NCBI RefSeq assembly: GCF_000315625.1
Contig: NW_005434458.1
Coordinates: 1 to 64,000, forward strand
Origin: Guillardia theta CCMP2712
Taxonomy: Eukaryota > Protista > Cryptophyta
DNA: 64,000 nucleotides
Direction: 5' to 3'
In this document: positions 1 through 12,100 of the stretch, piece by piece
How the letters are laid out: each line of letters opens with the position of its first letter
Numbering within the stretch: position 1 is the first letter of the stretch
Notes under the pieces: model-generated
The model's input: only the letters and a program-made list of their open reading frames with translations
What the model was told of the DNA's origin: nothing
Databases searched by the model: none
Made by a program: the position numbers and the translations under genes

Positions 1-913
1 GTAGTACACGAGTATGGCGTGGCATCTGCCTGTTCTGAAGACCTTTATAGAAATCGGCTATCTGAACGTCGAACTTTCTCCTGTACGTTTTGGTCTTGTG
101 GTGCCTTCTATAGAAATGCCTAACACCTGATCTCAAAGCTACGTATGACGAGAATTTCAACTTTTTTTTCATCATGACATTTACCACATAGCTGGTCCAT
201 TGCTTGTATGAGAACCTTCTCGTGTTGAATGGTAACAATTCTCTTCTCTTCAACAATTCTTTGATCTTCTTGGTAATTGGACCACGATTTCTGGGTTCGT
301 TGTCTAAACAACTCTTGAATTCGTGATTCAAACAAAATGGTTTGGTTTCATACAACCATGCAATCAGCTGACTTACAGAACTGAAGTAACATGCCTTCGA
401 ATTGTCCGAGAGCATCCTGTCTTTGACAGACTCGATTTTTTCTCTTGTTTCTTGTTCGTCCTCGCCTTCCATTTCCTCCACTTCCTCGTTATCGTCCTCG
501 TCGTCGTCTTCTTCTTCGTCTTCGTCTTCGTCCGAGGCTTCGTCTCCGCCTACCTCTCTCTCTGCAACTCCGTCTGCGTCGTGATCGTTCTCCTTGTTGC
601 ATACCCGTCTAGTTCTGTTAGTCCCTGAAACGTATTCCACAATTGATTCCGCGATTTGTTCTTCAGAGATGGAAGGAACAACTTTTGGGGTTTGCTGCTG
701 CGCTGAAGTTTTTGGTCCCTTTGTTCCTTTTGGGTTGCGAGTCGAGCAACCACAATCACTCCACTCTTCACTCCATTCACTAGCACAAAGATGATGAAAC
801 ATGTTTGAGCAGACAGTACATTGATACAGTTGAGCTGCGTCGTCCCTAACCTTGCATCGTGAACCGAACAAGCATTTCTGACGGCTACCTTGTGATCCAG
901 CGGCTGTGGCCAT
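1..913 (-). mobile_element. Crypton-type tyrosine recombinase ORF, N-terminal part (PHD-like Zn finger, acidic linker, core-binding domain); runs off window start
   Basis: Manual translation from ATG at 913 is open to base 1 (absent from the ORF track because there is no stop): MATAAGSQGSRQKCLFGSRCKVRDDAAQLYQCTVCSNMFHHLCASEWSEEWSDCGC...(D/E-rich)...LSDNSKACYFSSVSQLIAWL...FSSYVALRSGVRHFYR...IADFYKGLQNR. The SYxxLRSxxxHxYR...FYKGL pattern resembles Crypton YR N-terminal domains. Catalytic domain lies outside the window. Confidence 0.7.
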
Positions 914-1843
914 GCTGAGCGATTTGCGCGGGTTGCAGGTATGAAAGGGGGGGTGGGGGGTGGAGGGGGCCGGGGGCTGCAATAAACTACTACGCAGGAG
1001 GCTCAGGATTTAGGGGGTAGGAGCAATTAGAGGTCCAGAGTTGAGTGAAAAAAAATCTCTAATTGAAATTTCCTGTTTTGGTCATGATGTTTTTCAATAA
1101 ATTTTTACAAATAAGACATCCCCTCTGTCAACCCGTAAAAGTAGGGGTACTCAGATTCCGCACCCCTAAAATAGTTTTAATAAAGTTTGGGATTTCAGGA
1201 AATCCGGCGGACAGGAATTTGAACTAGGAAAAATCCTGAAAACGCTAGCTAATTGCCTTTTGATCGGGGGCAAGGGGACCTGTGTTTCGGTGGCACCCGT
1301 AGGTATCCATACAAAACAACCGGTGTAGAAAAAAAAGGTTTCCGTTGCTAGCTGGCATACGACTCCTTGATTTGAAAACAAAAATACTTATTGGCTGGAT
1401 TTACTACACTCGTCAATGGCTGACACTAATAAGATTTCATGAGCGTGTATCGAAATATACGAATAACCCTACCCCCTCCATATCAGACAACTTACCGGTA
1501 CACAGGGTAGAGAGCAGCCAAGAGGCGTGTAAGCCGGAACTCAAATGCTTAAAACAAATATAAAAGAGTACTGAGTGGTACAAATCATTCTGGTACAAAA
1601 TTGACTAAAAACTGTATGCTTATGATCAAATTAACAGGTACAAGTGTTTGTTAAAAGGATATAAGTTTATAATTGGGCATTAGTAAATGCCATGGAATGG
1701 TGCCTGAGCGGCACCCGCCTCCTCAGGGCGGGTCAGCGCGGAACCCGCGGCGCTCGCACCGTCCGCTTCTCGACCGGGACTATCAACCATCAGAACAGCC
1801 TGATGATTGACGAGCTTTTAGAGAAGACCAGCTCTTGGTAAGC

Positions 1844-2992
1844 ATGAATAAACCTCTTTGTAAGAAAGACATCTGTCAAAGTCAGAGTATAAATGACCGC
1901 TTTCCGTGCATGTCACATGCTGGTCCTATGGTCAGGGGTGAGACGAGGTTCGAAGAGGCAGAAACTAACCCTCACGTGTTGCAGGCTCTTTCGGATATGG
2001 GTAGCCGGACTGACCTTGATCTACAACTGTTCCTACAGAGGGATGCACCCAGGCGTGTCTACTTCCCTCGCGACAGCTCGGAGAAGACGACAAGGCACTG
2101 GGGGCAGAGAAAGCTTCTGATGTGTGAGATCAAGTTTATTCTAGATCACTGCAACCCTGGCATCCGTGAGGTGCTCTACATCGGAGCGCACCTCCTCGTG
2201 ATTGCTGATCTATTTCCTGATCTTCATTTCACCCTCATTGACCCTTCACCGTTTCACAGTGGCATACTGGCCATGAATGCAAGATTCAGGGTCATCAACA
2301 GGCTTTTCGATGAGTCCATGGCGGAGGAGTACAAGGGGAGGACTGACCTTCTGGTCATATCCGATATCCGCTCGGCAAACTACAGGAGGGAGTCGACCGA
2401 TGAGAACGAGTTGAAAATACACCGCGATATGGCGCTACAGGCGGTCTTTGTCAAGATTATCAATCCAGCTGCTGCCATACTGAAGTTTCAGCTGCCATGG
2501 TCGGATGGAAAGACCAAGTACCTGGATGGATACTTGATGCTACCCATATGGGGGCCCTGCAGCACCACGGAGTGTAGGCTTGTGGTGAGGAAGGATGCGG
2601 GCCTTCGCCTTTATGATAACCGAGAGTATGAGGAGCAGCTGTTCTGGTTCAACACAGTGCGGAGGGTTGCGCGCTACCGGCATGAACAAGAGACCAATCC
2701 TGCCTACCCTGGGTACGACCACTGCTTCGACTGTGCGGCGGAAATAGCAATCCTGACCGAGTACGTGACCAAGCACGACGCCTGCAAGGGAGAGCCTGTA
2801 ACTTCGGCTGTGCAGAGGCTGGCGTCAAGACTAACCAGGGTACTGAGCAAGACCCGATGCCTGAGTCACCGTAACCTCTCGAAAGAGTCACTGTATCAAG
2901 CCATTACGGAAAGGCAATGCGGTTTGAAGAGGAGGAGAGACTGGGAGGATCCAGAGAAGGGGTCGCCCCTCCCAGCGTCGAGCACTCTATAA
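1844..2992 (+). CDS. Poxvirus VP39-family cap-specific mRNA 2'-O-methyltransferase / poly(A) polymerase regulatory subunit homolog; SAM-binding loop appears shortened
   Basis: Intronless ORF with HWGQRKLLMCEIKF, VLYIGA, LIDPSPF, LLVISDIRS, LKFQLPW, YLDGYLMLPIWGPCSTTECRL, YDNREYEEQLFWFN and DHCFDC. The K-D-K-E tetrad is present. Confidence 0.88.
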   Translation: MNKPLCKKDICQSQSINDRFPCMSHAGPMVRGETRFEEAETNPHVLQALSDMGSRTDLDLQLFLQRDAPRRVYFPRDSSEKTTRHWGQRKLLMCEIKFILDHCNPGIREVLYIGAHLLVIADLFPDLHFTLIDPSPFHSGILAMNARFRVINRLFDESMAEEYKGRTDLLVISDIRSANYRRESTDENELKIHRDMALQAVFVKIINPAAAILKFQLPWSDGKTKYLDGYLMLPIWGPCSTTECRLVVRKDAGLRLYDNREYEEQLFWFNTVRRVARYRHEQETNPAYPGYDHCFDCAAEIAILTEYVTKHDACKGEPVTSAVQRLASRLTRVLSKTRCLSHRNLSKESLYQAITERQCGLKRRRDWEDPEKGSPLPASSTL

Positions 2993-3041
2993 AGCAGCAT
3001 CAAACGCCGTCTTTCCCGAACTTCGGAACGGGAAGGGGGGC

Positions 3042-4733
3042 ATGGTGAGATCCTGGCTTCCGCTGACCCTGGCGGTGGGCCTTGCCTCTGTCTGTTGCCT
3101 GCCCGTGTGCGCGGGCCAGGGCTTCATCCCCGTGTATGATAATGTGAACGTCATGACCACCGCCACGCTGCACTCGGCCTCGTCGGTGACTTTCGACTAC
3201 GCCGGCCAGCTCTGGTCGATGAAGTTCACGGTCCCGGCGATGCAGCCGGGGGAGGTCTATGCCGCCTTCGTGCTGGACCAGCGGCAGCCCACCGGTCCGA
3301 GCTACAACTTCCTGACTGAGCAGGCGCCGTGGTGCGGGATCACGATGTCCTACTGCTGCTACGCGGACCTTCTGAACCGTACCCACTACTTCAACGACGC
3401 GCTCTCCGGGGCCGTCGCAGGGCTGGGGGGCGGTGCCTCGAACATGGACGGCTGGGCCCTTGCGCTGTCCAACCTCACCGCCTTCGGTCAGGTGCGGGGC
3501 TCGGAGGGCATCCGCTTCGATTACCCCTCCGGCACCCTCTTCGTTCCCCACACCTCGGCCCAGCTCTACGGCTTCGAGTACCTCGACGAGAAGAAGAACT
3601 ACGTGATAGACTTCCGGTTCCTGGTCGTGTACCAGCAGTTCAGCGGAGGGGTGCTCGACCTCGTCTTCGTGCCGTACCAGGCGGTGCTCCTCCGTGACAT
3701 CAACGACCTCTATGCGAGGAGCTACTCGGACGTGCAGCAGTGCTCGGTCTCGAGTCGGGGCTCTACAGCCCTGCCAACAGCTTCTGGCTCGCGAGGTACG
3801 AGAGCCCGGAATCCACCGCCAAGGTTTGCCAGTGGTTCTGCAGGCAGGGCTACTACTCCTTCCCCATGCATGCCGACCAGAGCGGGGGGCCCGGGTCGGA
3901 GGGCGCCACCTGCCTCCCCCCTCCCTCCCTCGGCGTCGCTGTCGGGTACACCTTCTGGCTGATCCTCAACACGACGGAGCTCTCGCAGCAGTTTGGGGTT
4001 CCGGTGGTGCCGCAGAACCTGACGCTCCAGTCCGCCCCCGGGGTGGGGGCCTGGGTGGACAGCCTGTCGTCCAACCTGAGCCTGGCTCTGGGCAACAGCC
4101 TCGTTGTGATCCATGGGAGCAGGACACCCGTGCGGACGGTGGCCCAGCTCCACAACAGCCAGTACGCGAGGGAGTGGAGGGTCTACATGCAGACTCTCCC
4201 GTCGATCTACCTTCCTCCGGCAGCAGGTCTCTACCCCCTACCGCTTTCCCGAGTGGCTGCAGCGCCTGGGGGTGTTCAATCAGGAGGGGGTGATCGACGT
4301 CCGGACTGCGGCCGCCTACCCCGTCGTGAGGAGGTCGGGGGGCAGGGTCAGGGTGCCGATGGACTCGAGAAGGCAGATGGCCCCGCCGCCGGTGGACGCG
4401 GTGGCCCTGGAGGTGGTTTCGTACCTTGACGCGCAGGGCCTGACGCTCACGGACGTTGTGAACGCGATCTTCGAGTCTACTGTGTCCCTAGTCAACAGCA
4501 CCTCGGTGAAGGGTGTGTGGGGGGCGGACATCTTCATCCGTGACATGACGGTGAGGGTGCAGAACGTCGGGCCCGGCTTCAGCTCCGCCTTCCTCCTGCT
4601 TCTCGCCTGCATGATCTTCGCCGGCTGTCTCGTGTGTGGGCTGCTGATCCAGGCCTTCGTGGTGCCGGCCAGCTCCGGGGGGTACGCGGACATCACCCAG
4701 ACGGGGCACGTCATCGAGGAGCTTGCCATCTGA
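3042..4733 (+). pseudogene. Intronless type I membrane/secreted Cys-containing protein with two frameshifts (~3742, ~4238)
   Basis: Signal peptide MVRSWLPLTLAVGLASVCC. Coding-like sequence passes from ORF 3042 to ORF 3740 (LGLESGLYSPANSFW..CQWFCRQGYY) and then to ORF 4113 (YRFPEWLQ.., C-terminal TM AFLLLLACMIFAGCLVCGLLI). High GC3. Confidence 0.7.
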
Positions 4734-4870
4734 GGGCCTGTGTGTGTGTGTGTATGTGTATGTGTGGAAATGTGGAAAGTAAAAGATTCAGACCCTGCCC
4801 GGCCACTCCCGCCCCAGCGCTGTGGTGTGCCGCATCATCTCTATTTAGGTCGGAACCGAGACGGGACGGC

Positions 4871-5760
4871 ATGGTAGCACTGGGATACATGTCTTCGAAC
4901 CGACCGTCGGCGCAGCGCCCCGTGATTGCCAAGGACAGCTCGCAAGCTGCCAGCACCGGCCCCAACAGCACACACAGCTATCACAACCTGCAGACCTTCC
5001 AGAATGAGGCGGTCGCGACCACGATCAACGCGGTGCTGAAGGACGGCCTGCTGACGCCCATGAGGTCGTTGAAGCCCTCGGAGTGCCAAACCCTCATCAA
5101 GTGCGTCCTGAGCAAGGAGGAGCCCGAGGCGGCGCTCATCGGCACCGCGATGGTGAAGATCCCGAAGGGCCTACCAAAGGGCGGGGACTGGTGTGCCTAC
5201 GGTTCCAGCGCTTCCATCGTTCTATCCCCCTGCAACACACTCTTCGAGGACCTCCAGCAGCTCAGGGAGGCGATGCTGACCCACGTTCGAGCCCTGCACG
5301 CCAAGGACAGCAAAGCCGAGAGGCCGGAGGATCACTCGCCGGTGGACGAGCGGATCTCCAGCACTCTCCTCCCCTGCTCGGTCTTCCACGGCTTGAGCAA
5401 GGTGAGTGACAAGGTCGGGGGTTACCAGATCACCTCCCGCTTCGGCAGCGTCTTGCTCTCGGCCAGGGACATGGTGAGGTGCAACGCCGCTCCCCCGAGC
5501 TCGAGTGGACGACGCAGGCACAGGCCGTCAAGGCCGTCTCGAAGAGCATGGAGGAGTCCGGCCTCTCCACGAGCAGGCACTGCATCCGCGCCAAGGGCAA
5601 GGACGGTACCTACGTGCTGGACCTGCTCTACATGCCCTCCCCGGAGGGATCGTCGCAGGCCCTGGCGGCCAGCGTGGTGCTGCTTAATCATGCGTCGAGC
5701 ATCCTCCGTGGAGTCAAGGAAGATGCATATCTTGGACCCGTTCCACGAATCGGTGTTTTC
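4871..5760 (+). pseudogene. Intronless hypothetical protein, one frameshift (~5495), 3' end lost in a (CCCT)n microsatellite
   Basis: High-GC3 coding from MVALGYMSS switches at a C5 run into the ORF 5479 frame (PELEWTTQAQAVK..YLGPVPRIGVF), then runs into simple repeats. Confidence 0.55.
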
Positions 5761-5853
5761 CTCCCTCCCTCCCTCCCTCCCTCCCTCCCTCCCTCCCTCC
5801 CTCCCTCCCTCCCAGGCTGTCTCTGTCTCTGTCTCTGTCTCTGTCTCTGTCTC
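5761..5853. repeat. (CCCT)n followed by (CTCTGT)n microsatellites
   Basis: Directly visible. Confidence 0.95.
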
Positions 5854-6129
5854 TCACATAAACACACTGCTTGCTCTCTCTCACTCTCTCTGTCTTTCTG
5901 TCTCTGTCTCCCTGTCTCAGTCATCATCAGCTGTGGTCTCCGGATTTGGGGTTTAGGGCCAAAGGACGATGGCAACAGCTGCATGGTGAGAGTCAGCGCC
6001 GGGCCCGGCAGCCTCAGGCGATCACAGACTGTCAGAGTCTGACTCATTGGGAACTTTTGAAGGGACAGAAGGGATCGGATCGGATCGCTGCTCTCGGATA
6101 AGAGGGTTTTGTTTTCTCGAGTGCTGCCG

Positions 6130-9100
6130 CTACACAGTGACAGTAACAGGAGAAGGGCAGCTGGACGAGGAGCTGCAGGCGCCGGTAAGAGTGGAGAGAG
6201 GTACAGAGAACTTGAGGAGAGGAGAGGGTTGCTGCTCCGCCAGCCTGTAGGGAACAGGAAGGAACGCGAGGAGACCTGTGCAGGCGGGTGAATCAGCCAG
6301 AGAGGAAGAGCAGGAGGGAAGTAAGGGAGGCTGGGCAGGAGTGACTGGAGCAGGAGGAGGGGAGCAGGAGGGCTTGGAGTAGGAAAACGAGGACATCGAA
6401 CAACTGATGGCAATCAGCGAATGAGGATCACGACCTGGACTGAGGTAGACGAGGAGGACGAGGGGGAGGAAGAGAGGAGAAAGTGGAGGAACCGAGGAGG
6501 GGTAAACCTCTCACCTCTCCGGCGGTAGCAGAAGGTCATTGTGCTGGTAGAGTTGTCCGTCAGGAGCAGCTGGAAGGTGGAGATCGACGTTGATCCTCGC
6601 GAGTATCGCTGGGTGAGGGAGAAACCCCCCGTTTGCACCTCCAGCACCTCCGTGCCGGGCACCATCTGAGAATACTTGCACCGATCGACAGGCTGGGCTG
6701 TCCCGTCGTCCACCACCATCTTCAGCTGGTCACCTGTTGAGAGCAAGCCGCGCATGGTAGCGAGCACGGGTGCGCCGAGCGGGAGAGGAGCGACGGGTAG
6801 CTCCACCACAGCCTGCGACAGCGGGAAGCTGAGCCCCCTCTCCGGTGCCCAGGGGACGACCCGGAGAGTCCTGTCAAGCAGGCTGCCGCTGAGGATGCAG
6901 AGCTGGGCTTGCTGCTCGTCGGTGAAGTCAAGTGCGAAATCTTGGGTGTGGAGCTCTGGAGTTCTGATGAGGAAGGGACCACCCCCGGGCAGCACTGACT
7001 GACAGTCTCCAACGCGCGTGATCTGCATGCTGTCGTTCACTCGCACCCCCGAGCCCAGCAGGGTGAGGGAGAAGTACACCCCGCGAACAAAGGATCCTGG
7101 GCTGATGGGCAGGCTCTCCGGCAGCCCCAGCACGGTGATGTTGTCGTCCCACACTGAGAATTGAACGTCGTCAAACATGTCCACTTTGCGGGCCACCTGG
7201 AACGGCACGAGTTCAAGCCAGTACCAGCTTGTCTGAGGCTGGGGTATCCCCAGGCCCTGAAGGTTGAAGGGGGCGAGGAAGGAGACGGCGCCGGAGGTCA
7301 GGTCAATAAGGACGAGGCGGGTGCTGTAGAGGAGGAGGTAAAGCTTGTTTTCGCTCAAGCACGAGGGTCCTCCCACAAGGTCTGCCTCCTGCTCCGCCTC
7401 CATGACTTTAAGAACCTTGGTTGCCCTCCCGCTGTACGAGTTCAGGCTGAAGAGCGCGACTTCCGTCCCTCCTAGCGTGCTGAGCCCTAGCAGGCCATCG
7501 TCGCCGCTAGCCTTGAGGCTGCTGTGTCCCGCAAACTGCAGGGAGAAGAATCCGTCGAAGTTTGACACGTCGGGCTGCCAGCTGGCATGGGAGAGGGTCT
7601 GTCCCGTGGTGGAGTCAAGTGTGAGGAGGGCAAGGAAAGAGGCGCTGAAGTAGAGGCCAAAGGTTGGACTGAAGGCTGAGAGTCCTCGCTGGAGAGAGCA
7701 CTCGATCGAACCGCAGCTGGGAATCACAGCGAGCCGTGTGACGTTTCCAGAAAACCTGTTGGAAGGAGAAAGCAAGAGGATATTGAAAGGAGGAAGGAGG
7801 AGAAGAAAGCGAGCGAGAGGACAGCAAGAGGAGCAGAACAAGAAGGGAAAGAGACAAGGAAGAAAGATTCGTGAATGGAGAAAAAGAGGAAAAGGAGAGA
7901 AAGATAGAAGGAGGTTGAGAGGAAGATGAGGAGAAATAAAGTCAAGCATTCTCAAAACACAACTGTGCATTTGCTGCTCACCTGTCAATGGCGCAGTAGT
8001 AGGAGCCATCGTCCATGATCGCTATTCCCACCAGTCTCTCACGCTCGACATCCCAGCGCATGGAGACGAGCTCGTTGACGAGAGAAGCGCCGCTCTTGAG
8101 GAGCACGGTGGTAATCTCATGGGTGTTGAGGTCAAAAGAGACCAGGGATATGCTGTCGACGAAGAAGACAGAAGAGAAGGAGGCATCGACTGCTGAGATC
8201 TGCTGCGCAACCTCCTGCTGGCTGATGTTGGCAACCTGTACAGCCTGCAAACATCCAAGTCACCATGCAAGACATTCGGGATCTTTATGTTGCTGGTGAA
8301 TTTCGCCAGGTCTTGACAAACCCGTTGTCCTTCTCTCCTCCTCTCGTCCTCTCCTGCTCTCCTTGTCTTCACTTTCGCTCTTCTCTCCATTTGCCTTCCT
8401 CCCCTTCTTCCCTCCCCTACTCCCCTGCTCCCCTCTTTTTTCTCGTCTCGCGTCCTCCATTTCTTACCTTATCGGGACTTGAAGCGTCCAGGGCCACCAG
8501 GATCCCATTGACCAGCGCCAGCGCAAACTGATGAGAGTCGCTGCTGGGGCTGGTGAAGTCGCTCTGGTCGATCAGCTGGTTGTCCTGACTTGAGATGGTC
8601 TGCACGACAAATTCCTGCAGAAGCCCAGCTGTAAGACCACGAAAACAGGTCAAACAGGTCGTCAGGACTTACGGGGAGCATCGGTGTAGTCTGTAGGAAC
8701 GTGAGGCCGTCCAGTCTCATGGCGGCAGTGAACGGCTGGTCGAGGCCCCTAACGCCTTGTGGCTTGAGCTTGAGGATCTTATTACCTCCGACCGAGATCG
8801 AAGTGCCGGCGATGACAAGGTTGTCAAAGGGCCCGTCGAAGAAGCCGATGCTCGCCTGCTCGAGGTTTGCTGGGGTGCTGTAGAACTCGATGCGGACCTC
8901 AGAGTCAGGAAGCAGCGGGTTGCTGGAGCTGAAGCTGACGAGCAGGGAGCTGGGCACAGGAGAGATGAAGGAGGGGAGACTGAAGACAACGTCGGACATC
9001 GTGCCAGGGAGCAGGTGGACTCCGTTGACCTGCATGTTCATCTCGATCATCTCGTAGCTACTCACAAGGGTTAGCAGCTGGAAGGTGCCGCTGAATCCGC

Positions 9101-12100
9101 TGAAGCGTCTTGACCGCACGCGGGGAATGGTGAGGTCAATGGTGTCTAGCTTTCTGTACTCCTTCCCTCCGTATCTCTTGAGCAGCAGCGTCGTGCTTTG
9201 CTGCTGGGCAGGGAGGCTCGATGGGTCGGGGAGGAAGACGCAGTTGTAGGGGGAGAGGTAACCTTCGGCAAGCCGTTGCGGATCGCATGCTCCTAACTGG
9301 CTAGGGGAGGAGGAAATCTCGACAGGGTATCCATCCAGCTCGGTGTAACGAGGAAGATCCGGAGAAAAGAAACCAGCTGGGAGTCTGACAACGATCCAGG
9401 CGTCAGGAGGGAGGAACGAGCGAGTGGTGAAGGTGAGTGTAATGTCTGACTCGCTGCCGCAGCGGAGACTGGCGAGCTTGTACTGGGCGTTGGCAATGAC
9501 CGTCGCAAGCATGTACATGTTGTTGCTCAAGCCATGGTCAATCTCATAGCCGTCCTTAGTCAGAGTTGTCACCTGGACTGCTGGGACTCGACCGGAAAAG
9601 AGCTGGGAACCGAAGCCATGGAAGGTCAAGTTTACCCACGACTGCGCGGGCATGGCTGAACAATTCGACTCCCTGCTGGGGACCCGTTGGAGGCGGATGC
9701 TTAGACCGACGACGTCAGTGATGGCGATGGAGCAGTCAGGCCCCGAGAGGTTGGAGGTCGCAAACGAGGAGAGGACGGAAAAGGTGCTCGGAAGGTCGAT
9801 GGAAAGTCGCGCGTCCCTCGGGAGTGGGTTGCGGATCTGGACCGCAAGGTTCAGCTGGGGTTGACTAGCAACGACATAGTTGTCAAGATTGGACTCCACC
9901 CTCAGGAGTGCATTGGGCTTGTACGCGATGACGTAGTTTGACCTGTGCGAGCTCTTTGCGGTAACGGTTGAGTTGAGGGACACAATGTAGTTGACGCTGA
10001 AGGCCCCGGCCGGGTTCAAGACATTGAGGAGTTCAACCGTGTTGACTGTGCTCTCCGGAATAGTCTGTGGGGCCACATACTTGACAAGCAGCAACCCCAC
10101 CTCGTACAAGACTTCCCAGCCAGCTGTGGCTGAGCTGGGCGGGAGGTAATCGGAGAACTCCAGCCTCTCCTCGGTGATGTTGATGGTAAGGACGGCTCCG
10201 GTGTGGACTGGGCCGCTGACGGAGAACACGACAGTCATGTTTGACTTGGCGCCTGACAGCAGGCTTGACTTGATCATTCTGATCAGAACAAAGTTTGCAG
10301 CGTGGACAGACAGCTGGGGGATTAGGGAGAGGTCGACCTCCTGGTTGTCACCGTTCAACGTCCTGATTGTCGCTGGCCCCGTCCCTCCCTCGTACAGCTG
10401 AACTATCACGTCCGTGATCTTTAGTTGGAGCACGTGGCCCAGCTCGACCTCCCTGCCATTCCCTTGTCGCTGGATCCTGAGAAGGTTACTCTTCATGTAC
10501 GTCGAGAAGTTCCCGTCCAAAATGCCAGTAGCAGCGCGAGCTGCGAGGTCAGAGCCGATGAGGCTGACGGGAAAGACTTGCGAGGACGGAGAGAGCGCGA
10601 AGTCGTGGTAGAGGTCCAGGTAGATCCTCCCATCAACTGGGAGGGGGTTGGAGAGGATGAAAGTCAAGGTCGCCTCCACGACCTCGCCAGCTCCGGAGGA
10701 CGTGAGGGAGATGCTAGGACTGACGCAAAACGGGGGGCACGCGCCGCTCATGGTGCCATGGACGACTTGAACGCCCTCGACGCTCAGGTCCTGGTCGATC
10801 GCGACATTGTCAGCGGTCAAAGTTCGGACTTGGAAGGTCCCAGACTTGCCGACGTAGGGCTGCGACTTGACGCGATCGACGACCATGGAGAAGGGGCGGA
10901 GAGGCTGGACAGTGTAAAGGCTGTCTAGAATCTTAACGGTCAGGACGTTTCTCTTAAGTACGCGGACTGCCAGGCCCCGGCCGAGCTGGTGCGAGTGGAG
11001 AGCCGTAGGAGAGTAGACGTTGAGAAACTCGATGACCGAGGAGTTGTCAAGTACTTCGAACCCGCCGGGCAGGACGATCGCGATGGAGGAGGAGGGAGGG
11101 AGCAAGTTGGCGGGGGTGAAGGAGATGTGGAGCTGGGACGAGGAACCAGCGGTCGTCTCACTCATGGCAGCACGCACAAGAATGGTGGCGGGTTTGAACT
11201 GGAAGCGAGCTAGCTCGACGTTCTGGTCCAGGATGAGGCCGTCCGGGTTCTCAGTGAACAGCTGGAAGAATCCTGAAGGCCCGGAGAACATCTGGTTGCG
11301 GACGAGATTGAAGGTGAGGGAGAAGCAGCCCACTGAGTTGTCATGCAAGCGCATTTCGATCACGTTGCCGTTGCCTGAGACGTTCCCTGCCACCTCCCTC
11401 GCCAGCACGTTGACCTGCTGCGAGGAGGAGGCGTTCAGCTCCTCGCAGAACTGTAGGGAGTGAGACGATACCAGCTGGAGGAAGGTGTAGTCCTGCTCTA
11501 GTTCGACCGAAAATGACAATGGCATCACCAGTCTAACTCGGCCTCCAGCTGGAATGACGTTGTCAACCCCGAACAGCAACAGCAGGGTCGAGTTGTCCCC
11601 AGCTACGTCCGAGCTCAGGGACATGATGGAGCGGAGGAAGCGGTTGGGGCGGATGTCGAACCCGGGATCTCGAGCTTCGTCGACCACCTGGAGGTTCGGG
11701 TTTAGAGTCGAGACGTTGAAACTTCCGCTGGTTCCACTCAGTCGGGGGACTCGAACGTTGCTGAACATCATCAGCAGCAGAGCATGAGGGCGGAGGGGCG
11801 GTAGCTTGACCCTGAGGAGGAGACTGTCCGTCTGAGAGGCAGAAAAGAGCTGGAGGGGAGAGGAGTAGTTAACGGCGCACGAACAGCTCGTGCAGACCGC
11901 CTGACATCTCCGGGCGTCGCAAGAGGCGTTGAGGAGACATGCGGAATCGTTCGCCTCCCTTATCGTCAGAGACGTCAGGAACGGGTCGCTGACTATAAAG
12001 GTTGGAGGTAGCTCAACTTGCGCCCAGGAGCCGTCCACAAGCGCGTTCTTGACCTGCATCTCGACCGTCAGCCCGTCACTGCCCGCCAGGGCCTCCTTTG

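Noticed and set aside
120-794. Short ORFs listed in the track at the window start
   Set aside because: They are off-frame or antisense to the real minus-strand ORF (913 to <1), which the track missed because it has no stop in the window.
8469-8672. C-terminus of the 5,394-aa ORF as the true protein end
   Set aside because: It reads through a 58-bp GT-AG intron (8672-8615); splicing continues the protein in another frame.
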